Part shown: in pieces, positions 9,006 through 18,797 of the stretch
Position numbering within the stretch: position 1 is the stretch's first letter
Layout of the letters: every line of letters starts with the position of its first letter
DNA from: Alcanivoracaceae bacterium
GTDB taxonomy: Bacteria; Pseudomonadota; Gammaproteobacteria; Pseudomonadales; Alcanivoracaceae
Direction of reading: 5' to 3'
Length of the DNA: 64,000 nt
NCBI GenBank assembly: GCA_027324795.1
Contig: DAHVSB010000001.1
Location: forward strand, 4,264-68,263
Program-made: the position numbers and the translations under genes
Notes under the pieces: generated by a model
Seen by the model: the letters and a program-made list of their open reading frames with translations, nothing else
Told to the model about the DNA's origin: nothing
Databases searched by the model: none

Positions 9006-9776
9006 TTAAGTAAATACGGTAACCGTTTGGCGGCTTAGGGCTACTAGCTTTCCCTCTTTGGACCACAGCTGCCCTTGAGTGACACAGTAGCCTCCCTCAC
9101 CTTGTTCTGTGTCCACATGGAACTGCCACCAGGGTTCATCGCTAATCTCTTCGTCTGTAAACTCCACAGTCCAAGTCAGGCTACTGCTAGGAGCAGGATG
9201 CTTGTACATAGGAATCACAGCAGGCGGCCATGCATCAATCATCGCCAGTAAAACACTACGATTTATACTTAGCTCTTCCTTAAAGCGCACCCAACCACCA
9301 AAACTGCCTTCTTTGCTGCGTGAAAAAGGCAAATGCTCTGTGGCCCAACGCATATCAAAGTAACGCAAAAATACGGGTGAAACCCCCTCCACATAGGGTA
9401 AAGGAAACGCTTTATCTAAGGGCTTCATAGCCACAGGCTGCGGGCCTGCTACATGAATTTTAGACTCACGAGCAAGACCAAAGCTAACTAGCATAATTGC
9501 TAGGGTGTGCCCTTCTTGCACTAATCGGCATTCTGCTTGCGTCACCGAACCACCCGCACGCAACACCTCTGTTTTTAAAGCTACGGGCCCCTCAGCCACA
9601 GGCCCGATAAATGATACGTACACACTACGTGGTGGCCTATCAGGCACAAGCTCCTCAAGGGCCGAATACATAAGGGCGCCGATCAAGCCACCAAAGCAAG
9701 CTCTACCTTGGCTCCAACCTTCTGGAATAACTTGTTCACCCGCTTTGAATGCCGACAATACTTTTGAGAATTCCAC
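9006..9776 (-). CDS. acyl-CoA thioesterase (TesB-like double hot-dog)
   Basis: 256 aa. GWSQGRACFGGLIGA N-terminal motif and overall TesB-like / thioesterase-like superfamily layout. Confidence 0.7.
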   Translation of the reverse strand: MEFSKVLSAFKAGEQVIPEGWSQGRACFGGLIGALMYSALEELVPDRPPRSVYVSFIGPVAEGPVALKTEVLRAGGSVTQAECRLVQEGHTLAIMLVSFGLARESKIHVAGPQPVAMKPLDKAFPLPYVEGVSPVFLRYFDMRWATEHLPFSRSKEGSFGGWVRFKEELSINRSVLLAMIDAWPPAVIPMYKHPAPSSSLTWTVEFTDEEISDEPWWQFHVDTEQGEGGYCVTQGQLWSKEGKLVALSRQTVTVFT

Positions 9777-9855
9777 CTTCTACTCCTGTGTCAAAGCAGC
9801 AAAAACCCGTTGTTTGCTCAATGGCTTGTGCAAACAACGGGATTAAAGGGCTGCG

Positions 9856-10110
9856 TTACTTATGAGTTTTCAAAAGCTCTTTTACTTTCGCGATGTATTG
9901 CTGTTGGGCCTGTTCTTGTGAAGTTCCTTTAAGCTTTGCCCAAGCGTCATACTTTGCACGGCCTACCATATCTAGCATACCAGGGCGTTTTCCACTGACG
10001 TCTCCATCGCTTCCTTGCTTAAAGTGCGCATAAAGAAACAATAAATCGTCGTTGCTAGGACGCTTCGTTAACGTTTTAACATCCGTTTGAGCTTGTTCAA
10101 ATTGACTCAT
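9856..10110 (-). CDS. acyl-CoA-binding protein (ACBP)
   Basis: 84 aa from ATG 10110, with GAGGA 5 nt upstream. Motifs LLFLYAHFKQ, KRPGMLDMVGRAKYDAW are the classic ACBP signature. Confidence 0.85.
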   Translation of the reverse strand: MSQFEQAQTDVKTLTKRPSNDDLLFLYAHFKQGSDGDVSGKRPGMLDMVGRAKYDAWAKLKGTSQEQAQQQYIAKVKELLKTHK

Positions 10111-10118
10111 CATTATCC

Positions 10119-10763
10119 TCAATTTTTATTCACATTGTTGTACTTACGCAAAGCTTGCAAAGGGGCAGACATTAGCTTGGGATGACAAGCTTCCACACCA
10201 CGATAAAGCTCTACAATCTTAGGGTAATCCTGTTGGTAGTCACCAGAAGGAATTACCGTATCCGCAAAACGAATCTCTTTCTTACCATAATCAACCACAG
10301 TCACAAGAATAGGTACTTGCGCTGCATGCGCAATGACATAAAAGCCGCTTTTCCATTCTTTAGCGCCACTTCTAGTTCCTTCAGGAGAAAGCCCCAGAAA
10401 CATTTGCTCGTTGCTCTTTATCGCACTTACCGACTGATGAACCACACCATGGCTGCTGCTTCTATCAACGGGAATTCCGCCTAGCCAACGCATAAAGCCA
10501 CCGAAAGGTGGCTTAAACACCGTATCCTTAGCCATTATTTGCACTTTTATGCGCAGCGCCAATGCTGCAGCTATGACATATACAGCGTCCCAATTAGATG
10601 TGTGCGGCGCGCCAATCACAACTGCCTTGGAGATGTTAGGAAAAGCACCAACCACTCGCCATCCCGTTATCCATAGCACAAAAATGCCAAGCCACTCGGT
10701 AAATTTATTACCTCGTCTTGGTACTTTATCGCCTAACTCTGTTTGTATTGTTTTATGTTTCAT
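10119..10763 (-). CDS. PlsC-family lysophospholipid/glycerolipid acyltransferase
   Basis: 214 aa. N-terminal TM segment, HTSNWD (HX4D) catalytic motif, SPEGTR motif. Confidence 0.8.
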   Translation of the reverse strand: MKHKTIQTELGDKVPRRGNKFTEWLGIFVLWITGWRVVGAFPNISKAVVIGAPHTSNWDAVYVIAAALALRIKVQIMAKDTVFKPPFGGFMRWLGGIPVDRSSSHGVVHQSVSAIKSNEQMFLGLSPEGTRSGAKEWKSGFYVIAHAAQVPILVTVVDYGKKEIRFADTVIPSGDYQQDYPKIVELYRGVEACHPKLMSAPLQALRKYNNVNKN

Positions 10764-10838
10764 CTCTTGTCACCTACAGCACTCGTCAGTCATGATGCAT
10801 AATACCTGAGAGTGTGGAGCAACTGAACGGTTAGCAAC

Positions 10839-12875
10839 CTATTCTTTTGTATCATGTTTTAGTGAACACTTAGGCAAGCGCCGTAATTTCTTACGCTCTT
10901 GTTGTGCTTCTTTTAACAAGAGTGTTCCATTTTGTTCTGCATACAGCATTTGCTCCATAACAAACGCCCAACGCTCAAAGACAGGTTGTTTATGCGGCCA
11001 ATATTGGGCACCCATGGCCGCTAACTGGGGAACAGTGGCAGTTTTGGTTAAGGCCAGTGGCACCCTGCCTTTACGATGCAACAGCCGCCTCATCCATAAA
11101 AACTCATATTGCGCTGCCGTAAGCCTAGGACCACGGGTCACCCAAAACGTCCAGAACAGCGTCGGCACGAGTAGCAGCAGCACCAAAAATAAGATGCTAT
11201 ATGCCAACTTCATAGGCGTTATCTCTCCAAAAACGCCTGCTAGGAATCGCTCTTGCTGCTGCTCATCATAACTCAGCACCCAGCGCTGCCAATTAAATTC
11301 CACCCAATCCAATTGCGCTCGCAAACTCAATATTAACCGATTGCCATACCAAAGAGCATGCGCACGACTGTCACTAGCGTCCACAACCGTACGCTCTTTT
11401 TCAATCCGTTCTGGTGCAACGGTGGCTGTTGGGTCCACTCGAACCCAACCCAGACCGGCTAGCCATACTTCTACCCAAGCATGTGCGTGATATTGATAAA
11501 CACTGAGATGTTGACTACGAGGGTTCCATTCGCCGCCCTGATAGCCCACCACAATACGAGCGGGAATCCCTGCTGCTCGCATCATAAAAGCAAAAGCTGA
11601 AGCATAGTGCTCACAAAAACCACGCTGAGTGCCAAACAAAAAATCATCATTTGCGTGGGTACCGGTTTTCGGGGGCGTCAACGTATAATGAAAAGGCTCG
11701 CCACGAAACCAATCCAATGCGCCTTCTACTCTTTCTTCAGGATTGGGATAGCGTGCTTTTAGCTGGGCAGCAAGTTGGCGAGCTTGCGGGTCCACTAGGG
11801 CAGGCAATGCTAGATAATAATCCCGGTGCTCTGATGCCAAAGGCTCACTCATCACATACTCGGGGTAGCTTTCGAGCTCATAAACAAAACGCTCATTTAG
11901 TTCCTTAGTGGTGGCTAAGGTACCTCCAAAGGTAGCGCCAACACGGGCGGTACTGCTAATAGAATGGCGCAAGGCGTATAACCAACGTTGACCGCTGGGC
12001 TCTAATAAGACCCGATAATGATACTCGGGCTCACCCGCCTTTTTTTCTAGTTGCTCCCACCAATGCGGCATAGTCTGCCTCTGGGGTAGCAACACTTTGG
12101 CGTTACGACGTTGTCCCTGATGCCAAGTCTGGCCATCAAACTCACTTAACACCAAGCCGCGCCAATACAGTGCATGCTGCTCGGGCGGCTGAGTATAAAA
12201 CTCCACCCTGAATGCCAATTCAGTGGATTCACTCAGCTCACTGATAGAACCTAAGGTTAGCGTATCCGTCATGCCTGTTTTAGCTTTACCTTCGTGGGAA
12301 GGAATCGCCCACAGCGGGCCAAAGCGCGGCACAAAAATAAACAGCACCACCATTACCGGCACGCTCTGCAGCAAAATAACAGCACTAGTGCGTCCATGCG
12401 AACGCCATGACCATCCAATGGTAGGCACGTTAATACCAACCAATGCAGCTGTTAGTAGCCATAGCAACAACAGTACATACAAGGCAGCAAATGGCCCTTG
12501 GTAAAACAAAAACACTGTGGCGGCTACAAAATAGCCTAATACTAGCAGCACATAGGCATCACGCTGCCGATGCATTTCAAGCAGCTTCAGCAAAAAAGCA
12601 CCCACTAATAGCTGCGTACTTGCCTCGGTGCTAAACACATGGCCATTCTCGCGCCACACCAAGGCCAAAACCAACACCATTAATGCACTACGCACCCATT
12701 TATTTGGCATAGCTCCACGGCCAATATGAAGCCGCCAACGCGTCACCAATAACAAAGGCAACATTAACTTTAGCCACCAACCGGCATTGAGTGCATGGGG
12801 TACAGTGGCCAACAAAGTAGCTAATAAAAGCCAATAAAAGCTATGGCGTGGCACCTGATATTGCACATTAGCCAT
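10839..12875 (-). CDS. tgpA: transglutaminase-like membrane protein TgpA (DUF3488 + transglutaminase core + DUF4129-like)
   Basis: About 678 aa. Multi-TM N-terminus, RGFCEHYASAF (Cys), HAWVEVW (His), VRVDPT (Asp). Start is ATG 12875 or GTG 12887; both overlap the DUF58 stop. Confidence 0.85.
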   Translation of the reverse strand: MANVQYQVPRHSFYWLLLATLLATVPHALNAGWWLKLMLPLLLVTRWRLHIGRGAMPNKWVRSALMVLVLALVWRENGHVFSTEASTQLLVGAFLLKLLEMHRQRDAYVLLVLGYFVAATVFLFYQGPFAALYVLLLLWLLTAALVGINVPTIGWSWRSHGRTSAVILLQSVPVMVVLFIFVPRFGPLWAIPSHEGKAKTGMTDTLTLGSISELSESTELAFRVEFYTQPPEQHALYWRGLVLSEFDGQTWHQGQRRNAKVLLPQRQTMPHWWEQLEKKAGEPEYHYRVLLEPSGQRWLYALRHSISSTARVGATFGGTLATTKELNERFVYELESYPEYVMSEPLASEHRDYYLALPALVDPQARQLAAQLKARYPNPEERVEGALDWFRGEPFHYTLTPPKTGTHANDDFLFGTQRGFCEHYASAFAFMMRAAGIPARIVVGYQGGEWNPRSQHLSVYQYHAHAWVEVWLAGLGWVRVDPTATVAPERIEKERTVVDASDSRAHALWYGNRLILSLRAQLDWVEFNWQRWVLSYDEQQQERFLAGVFGEITPMKLAYSILFLVLLLLVPTLFWTFWVTRGPRLTAAQYEFLWMRRLLHRKGRVPLALTKTATVPQLAAMGAQYWPHKQPVFERWAFVMEQMLYAEQNGTLLLKEAQQERKKLRRLPKCSLKHDTKE

Positions 12876-13839
12876 GGCTTTCACCACTAGAATAAAGGGC
12901 CAGGGCTTCTAGTGCTTTATGTTTATGCTCGGCACCAATCCCTATGGGTAACTCAAACTGTGGTAAACGCAATCCATAGGGTTGGCGTTCCTGCTCTCGC
13001 TTTAGCACCCAGTAGCACAGCCAACTCAAACGCTGCTCCACATCACCACCATGAAAACTGTGCCAATCTAACCATTCGCTGCTAGCTTGTGGGGTAATAA
13101 ACTCTTTCACGTACAAGCCTCGGCCTTGAGCATAGGTCTTCCAATCTACTTGGCTTGGCGAATCGCTTTCTGTGTATTCCCGCAACCCGTGGAACTCATC
13201 CTCCCCTAGCCACCATTGAGTATTGGCGTCCCCGCGTTTGGCCTCACCACTAAATGGTGCATGAGGCGTGCTAAGTGGGTGTGGCCAGGCTAAGCCAGGA
13301 TGCGCCATATCTAAGTGGCTCCAAGCTCGCAACAACCCTAAGGGATAACGGCTCCATACCACCAAGCGCCCAGGATGATTCCAGCCCCGCTGTGTGAGTG
13401 GCACCGCTAAAGTTAGCACTTGCGACTGCTGGGCTGATAAAGACATTATTTGGTCCACCCCATGTGGCTTGTGCCAACGAAACCCAATGGCCACTTGTGG
13501 TCCCGAGGCCCTTGCGGTTACCGTGAAGCTTAAATATCCCTGCTCTCCAACAAAATTAGGACGCATGCTTTTCGCTTCGATAGTTAACCCAGCCAGGTTG
13601 CGATAAGTGGAAAGAATCACTAAAACAAATTGGCTTGCTAAAAAAAATGACAAGCCAAGCAGCAAGTTGTTTTGATAGTTAATACCACCGATAAAAATAC
13701 CAAACGCCACCGCTAGAAATAAAAAACCATAGCCACTGGGTACAATAAAAATTAGGCGTTGGCGCAAGCGCTGATGGCGCGCAGGCGGCATGCGGCGAGA
13801 AAGCCACTGCTGATAGCGCTGTTGTATTTTTCTTTTCAT
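12868..13839 (-). CDS. DUF58 domain protein (MoxR-module partner)
   Basis: ATG at 13839 (MKRKIQQRY) gives a 13-nt gap after the MoxR stop. Two N-terminal TM helices, DUF58-like core HGLREYTESD. Confidence 0.8.
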   Translation of the reverse strand: MKRKIQQRYQQWLSRRMPPARHQRLRQRLIFIVPSGYGFLFLAVAFGIFIGGINYQNNLLLGLSFFLASQFVLVILSTYRNLAGLTIEAKSMRPNFVGEQGYLSFTVTARASGPQVAIGFRWHKPHGVDQIMSLSAQQSQVLTLAVPLTQRGWNHPGRLVVWSRYPLGLLRAWSHLDMAHPGLAWPHPLSTPHAPFSGEAKRGDANTQWWLGEDEFHGLREYTESDSPSQVDWKTYAQGRGLYVKEFITPQASSEWLDWHSFHGGDVEQRLSWLCYWVLKREQERQPYGLRLPQFELPIGIGAEHKHKALEALALYSSGESHG

Positions 13840-13852
13840 GAAAGCGTATTCG

Positions 13853-14758
13853 TTAAGGCAACACAGGTACAGCGTTGAGCAATATACTAGCAGCATCACT
13901 GTGCTGTTGTTGGCCGCTAATCACCAATCTGTGATTAACCACAGCCCCAAGAACCGCCTGTATATCTTCTGGAACCACATAGTCGCGTTGGGAAAGCAGT
14001 GCCCAGGCCTTGCTCGCTTGTAGCAAACCAAGGCCTGCCCGTGGGGATAGCCCATAAACAAATTGCTCACTGTGGCGACTGTAATGCAAGAGGCGCTGCA
14101 AGTACTGCAACAAGCTTTCGCTTGCTCTAACACGCCTAACTTTTTGCATCAGCGTAACCAGTTCATCATGAGACAAGGCTGCCTCTAGATTAAGCGCTGA
14201 CTCTCTGGTGCCACCGGAGGCTAGCAAACTGAGCTCTGCTTCCTCAGAGGGGTAGCCCAAACTCAAACACATCAAAAAGCGGTCGAGTTGAGACTCGGGA
14301 AGAGGAAAGGTCCCCCCCTGCTCCACAGGGTTTTGAGTCGCTATAACAAAAAATGGCGATGGCAAAACGTGGCTCTCACCATCCACCGTCACCTGCATTT
14401 CTTCCATGGCTTCAAGCAATGCGCTTTGAGTTTTGGGTGCTGCGCGATTAATTTCATCAGCAAGCAATAACTGCGTAAATACAGGACCTGGGCGAAACTG
14501 GAAGCTACGACGTTCTGGATCAAAAATGGAAACGCCCACAATATCAGCCGGTAACATATCACTAGTGAACTGAATGCGTTGGAATTCCAAAGCAAACACC
14601 CGTGCTAAAGCATGGGCCAAAGTGGTCTTGCCCATACCTGGCAAGTCCTCAATCAACAAATGTCCGCCTGCAAGCATGCAAGCCACGGCTGTCTTAACAG
14701 TATTTGATTTACCTAAAATAACTCGATTGATTGCGCTCAGCGCGGCAGAAAAGCCCAT
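13853..14758 (-). CDS. MoxR-family AAA+ ATPase
   Basis: ATG at 14758 preceded by GGGGGAG. Walker A GMGKT, Walker B LLADEINR. Typical MoxR length, about 301 aa. Confidence 0.9.
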   Translation of the reverse strand: MGFSAALSAINRVILGKSNTVKTAVACMLAGGHLLIEDLPGMGKTTLAHALARVFALEFQRIQFTSDMLPADIVGVSIFDPERRSFQFRPGPVFTQLLLADEINRAAPKTQSALLEAMEEMQVTVDGESHVLPSPFFVIATQNPVEQGGTFPLPESQLDRFLMCLSLGYPSEEAELSLLASGGTRESALNLEAALSHDELVTLMQKVRRVRASESLLQYLQRLLHYSRHSEQFVYGLSPRAGLGLLQASKAWALLSQRDYVVPEDIQAVLGAVVNHRLVISGQQQHSDAASILLNAVPVLP

Positions 14759-14818
14759 GGACTCCCCCTTTATAAAGATGCCGAGCAAGCCCGGCACAAC
14801 CTTGTTGTTGTAAGCGCA

Positions 14819-16030
14819 TTAATAGCCGATGGCAGCTAGTCCTCGCTGCATTTCGCGCTTTAAGTCTTCAATATCTTCTAAACCCACAGATAAGCGAATC
14901 AAGTTTTCCGTAATACCAGCTTCCTGTTTTTCCTCTGCCGTTAAACGACCATGGGTTGTGGATGCTGGGTGTGTAATAGTGGTTTTCACATCACCCAAGT
15001 TAGCGGTGATAGAAATCATTTCTGTGGCATCAATAAAGCGCCAAGCCACATCACGCTCTTTGCTGCCCTGAGCATCCACCAGCGAGAACGATAGCACACC
15101 ACCAAAACCATTTTGCTGCTGACTTGCCAGTTTGTGACTAGGGTGGCTTTCTAAGCCCGCATAAAACACTTTATCCACTCCCTCTTGCTGCTCAAGCCAC
15201 TGCGCGAGGGCAAGGGCATTTTCACAATGAGCACGCATTCTAATGGGTAAGGTTTCTAAGCCTTTTAAGAAAACCCAGGCATTGAAAGGACTTAAGCTAG
15301 CGCCAGTGGCTCGTAAAAAGGCAAACACTTCTTCTAGAGCTTCATGTTTACCCACCACGGCACCGCCCACGCAACGCCCCTGACCATCCAAATATTTGGT
15401 TGCACTATGAACCACATAATCCGCACCTAGCGCAAGGGGTTTTTGCACCGCTGGGCTGCAAAAGCAGTTATCCACTATGAGCTCAATATTATGCTCATGG
15501 GCTAACTCTGCTAACGCGCGAATATCACCCACTTCAGCCAACGGGTTGGAAGGCGTTTCAATGTAAAAAAAGCGGGTCTTAGGTTGAATAGCGTTACGCC
15601 ATGCATCGATATCATCAATATCCACCAAGGTATATTCCATGCCAAACTTGGTGAAATAGCGGCGAAATACGGTGTTGGTAGTGCCAAACAAGCTACGCGA
15701 ACTCACCACATGCTCGCCAGGAGACATTAAGGCAAAAAACAGGCCAAAAATTGCTCCCATACCTGAACCAAAAGCCACTGCGCGCTCTCCACCTTCCATG
15801 GCTGCTAATCGTTGCTCAAAGGCCTTTACTGTGGGATTAGAAAATCGCGAGTACACATTCCCTGGCTGGCTACCATCAAAGCGACCCGCTGCTTGAGCTG
15901 CACTCTCATAAACAAAGCTTGAAGTTAAAAACAAGGTTTCGGAGTGAGCCATTTCATCCGTTCGCAACTCTGCACTACGAATAGCTAAGGTAGCTAAGGA
16001 CAAATCTCTTGATTCATTGTCATCATTCAT
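14819..16030 (-). CDS. metZ: O-succinylhomoserine sulfhydrylase
   Basis: 403 aa, Cys/Met-metabolism PLP family, SATKYLDGQG PLP-Lys motif. purF-metZ synteny as in Pseudomonas. Confidence 0.85.
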   Translation of the reverse strand: MNDDNESRDLSLATLAIRSAELRTDEMAHSETLFLTSSFVYESAAQAAGRFDGSQPGNVYSRFSNPTVKAFEQRLAAMEGGERAVAFGSGMGAIFGLFFALMSPGEHVVSSRSLFGTTNTVFRRYFTKFGMEYTLVDIDDIDAWRNAIQPKTRFFYIETPSNPLAEVGDIRALAELAHEHNIELIVDNCFCSPAVQKPLALGADYVVHSATKYLDGQGRCVGGAVVGKHEALEEVFAFLRATGASLSPFNAWVFLKGLETLPIRMRAHCENALALAQWLEQQEGVDKVFYAGLESHPSHKLASQQQNGFGGVLSFSLVDAQGSKERDVAWRFIDATEMISITANLGDVKTTITHPASTTHGRLTAEEKQEAGITENLIRLSVGLEDIEDLKREMQRGLAAIGY

Positions 16031-16073
16031 GGAACTACATCATCCTCTTCGAGTACCGGCGGCGGCTCGGCTT

Positions 16074-17585
16074 TTACTCGGCGTTATGTAAATCGATTGC
16101 AGCGTCTTTAGCAGTTAAGGCTGCAGAGTTTGTATCTTGCTCACGGAGCTTTAGCAAATAGTCTTGTTCGTCAGCGCACACTTTGCCGGCAATATAACGA
16201 CCGTCAAATACAGAGCACTCAAACTCCGTAATGTCTGGATTGCCCTCACGGCAGGCGAGCACCAAGTCTTCTAAATCTTGGAAAATTAGCCCATCGGCAC
16301 CTATCAAAGCGCACACCTCTTCAGTGGTGCGGCCGTGAGCAATTAACTCATGGGCATCCGGCATATCAATGCCATACATGTTAGGGTAGCGCACCGCTGG
16401 CGAAGCAGATGCAAAATACACTTTATTGGCACCTGCATCGCGCGCCATTTGAATAATTTCATTGCAGGTGGTGCCGCGGACAATAGAGTCATCCACTAGT
16501 AGAACGTTTTTACCCGCAAACTCAAGCTCAATGGCGTTGAGTTTTTGGCGTACCGATTTTTTACGCTGTTGCTGGCCCGGCATTATAAATGTGCGGCCAA
16601 TATAGCGATTCTTAATAAATCCTTCGCGATATTTAATGTCCAAGGTGTTGGCCAGCTCAAGCGCGGAGGTACGGCTGGTATCAGGCACCGGAATCACCAC
16701 GTCGATATCGTGCTCTGGCCATTCCCTTTGAATTTTTTCGGCAAGGGTTTCCCCCATACGTAAGCGGGACTTATACACCGAAATTTTATCCATAATCGAA
16801 TCGGGGCGTGCGAGATATACCTGCTCAAAAATACAAGGGCTGAGCTGCGCTTCATCGGAGCATATCTGGCTATAAAAACCACCATTGGCGGTGATATAAA
16901 TGGCTTCTCCTGGTGCCACATCACGCTCGAGCTGAAATCCTAAAGCAGATAACGCCACACTTTCAGAAGCCACCATATATTCTTTGCCGGTGGCAGTGGA
17001 ACGGCTACCAAAGCACAAAGGACGAATACCAAATCGATCGCGGAACGCTAAAATCCCATAACCCGTAACCATAGCCACCGCTGCGTACGCGCCTTGAAGG
17101 CGCTCATGCACGCGACGGATTGCGGCAAAAAAGTCCTCTGGCTCAGGGATAAATTTACCAATTTGCTGCAATTCGTGGGCCAGCACATTAAGCAGCACCT
17201 CTCCATCGGAGGATGTATTAATATGGCGCAAATCAGCTCTAAAAATATCTTCCACCAAAGAAGAAGTATTAATTAAGTTGCCATTTTGTGCCAAAGTAAT
17301 GCCGTATGGCGAGTTCACGTAGAAAGGCTGTGCTTCTGCTGGTCCTGTGGCATTTGAATTAGGGTACCGCACATGGCCAATTCCCATTTTGCCGACCAAG
17401 TTGCGCATGTGCCGTGTGCGAAACACGTCACGCACCATGCCCACGTCTTTACGCAGAGATAAACGGTCACCATCACAGGTCACAATACCTGCCGCATCTT
17501 GCCCGCGGTGTTGCAACACAGTTAATGCATCATAGATGCTTTGATTTACGTTGCTTTGACCAACAATCCCCACTATCCCACACAT
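16074..17585 (-). CDS. purF: amidophosphoribosyltransferase
   Basis: 503 aa. N-terminal MCGIVGI (Ntn Cys), PRTase motif VLLVDDSIVRGTT. Confidence 0.95.
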   Translation of the reverse strand: MCGIVGIVGQSNVNQSIYDALTVLQHRGQDAAGIVTCDGDRLSLRKDVGMVRDVFRTRHMRNLVGKMGIGHVRYPNSNATGPAEAQPFYVNSPYGITLAQNGNLINTSSLVEDIFRADLRHINTSSDGEVLLNVLAHELQQIGKFIPEPEDFFAAIRRVHERLQGAYAAVAMVTGYGILAFRDRFGIRPLCFGSRSTATGKEYMVASESVALSALGFQLERDVAPGEAIYITANGGFYSQICSDEAQLSPCIFEQVYLARPDSIMDKISVYKSRLRMGETLAEKIQREWPEHDIDVVIPVPDTSRTSALELANTLDIKYREGFIKNRYIGRTFIMPGQQQRKKSVRQKLNAIELEFAGKNVLLVDDSIVRGTTCNEIIQMARDAGANKVYFASASPAVRYPNMYGIDMPDAHELIAHGRTTEEVCALIGADGLIFQDLEDLVLACREGNPDITEFECSVFDGRYIAGKVCADEQDYLLKLREQDTNSAALTAKDAAIDLHNAE

Positions 17586-17595
17586 GCTCGGTTCC

Positions 17596-18177
17596 TCACT
17601 CCAAATCGTTAAGCTGCTGATTATCGTTCGCTTCTGGAGGCGCTAACTCAAGTTCGGGCGCCTCCATCAAGGATTCTTGAGCATTAGTGGGCTCAAGCTG
17701 CCAAAAAAATTGAAATGTTTGTTTACCTACATCTTTTGTCCAACTCTCTAAGCCCACAAAGTGCGGCGCCAAATAGGATGCTTGCCACCACTCATCATCT
17801 TCTATCATGGGCCTAAACAGCGCCACTAGCACGGTAACAACTAACACGCCACGCAAGGCGCCAAACACCATGCCTAGCACACGGTCTGTGCCTGAAAGCC
17901 CTGTGGCTTTGACGAGCAGCTGTATGAGTTTGCCAATAATAGCGCCAGCTATCAGGACAGTAACAAAGAGCAAACCAAATGCCGCAGCCATTCGCAGGCT
18001 TGGCATTTCAATTGTTTGTGTTAGGTAAGTATCTAGATGAGGCGAAAATAAGCGCGCCACAATAAAAGCTGCAGCCCAAGTCACCAAGGAAAACGCTTCG
18101 CGAACAAATCCTCGCCATAAACTTACCACCGCTGAAAGCGCGATGACTCCAAGAATAATACTGTCCGCGATACCCAT
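17596..18177 (-). CDS. cvpA: colicin V production membrane protein CvpA
   Basis: ATG 18177 gives MGIADSIILGVIALSAVVSLWRGFVREAFSL, matching the CvpA N-terminus. Synteny with purF. Confidence 0.85.
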   Translation of the reverse strand: MGIADSIILGVIALSAVVSLWRGFVREAFSLVTWAAAFIVARLFSPHLDTYLTQTIEMPSLRMAAAFGLLFVTVLIAGAIIGKLIQLLVKATGLSGTDRVLGMVFGALRGVLVVTVLVALFRPMIEDDEWWQASYLAPHFVGLESWTKDVGKQTFQFFWQLEPTNAQESLMEAPELELAPPEANDNQQLNDLE

Positions 18178-18236
18178 AGATGCACAAGTCGAGCCAAAAA
18201 AGCATGATACCAAAAAACGCTAACGCCCCAAAGAGA

Positions 18237-18797
18237 CTATTTGGGCAAAAGCACAATTAATCCTTGAGAAATTTGCAAAGACTCACTTTGCTGGAGTTTT
18301 TCCAGCAATGCTTGCGCCGAAGATTTGGTTAATTCAGGGCCAGCATAAACGCGATACACAGTCTTATCATTAGCCTCCCCCGTCCTAACAAAAGCACTAA
18401 ATCCTGCTTGGTTAAGCTCTTGCACCATATCTTGTGCGCGCTCTTTACTGCGTAAACTCCAAAGTTGTACAGCCCAACCAGAAAGATAAGGTGCTTGCTG
18501 CTCCTTTGCGTCTTCTTTGCCATCTTGTTCAACGGCCATTTGCTCTGCTTCATCTGCTGTTGGAGCCTGTTCACGCCAATCATTTGCCACTTGCTCAATG
18601 ATTTGCTCACGCTCCTCTTCTGCAACCACTGGTTTCTTAGGTTGAGGTGTTAGTACGGGTTCTGAGGGGAAGGAAAAATCCATATCAGGCTGTTCTGGTT
18701 CTGGGCTTTGTAGCAATAAAAACAATACTATTAGTGCCATTACACATAGAATCGTAATGCCCACGGCACGTTGCTTGTGCTGCTCTTTACTCGTCAT
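18237..18797 (-). CDS. dedD: SPOR-domain cell-division protein (DedD-like)
   Basis: 186 aa. One TM, an acidic linker and a C-terminal SPOR domain (GWAVQLWSLRSKERAQ...YRVYAGP). folC-dedD-cvpA synteny. Confidence 0.8.
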   Translation of the reverse strand: MTSKEQHKQRAVGITILCVMALIVLFLLLQSPEPEQPDMDFSFPSEPVLTPQPKKPVVAEEEREQIIEQVANDWREQAPTADEAEQMAVEQDGKEDAKEQQAPYLSGWAVQLWSLRSKERAQDMVQELNQAGFSAFVRTGEANDKTVYRVYAGPELTKSSAQALLEKLQQSESLQISQGLIVLLPK

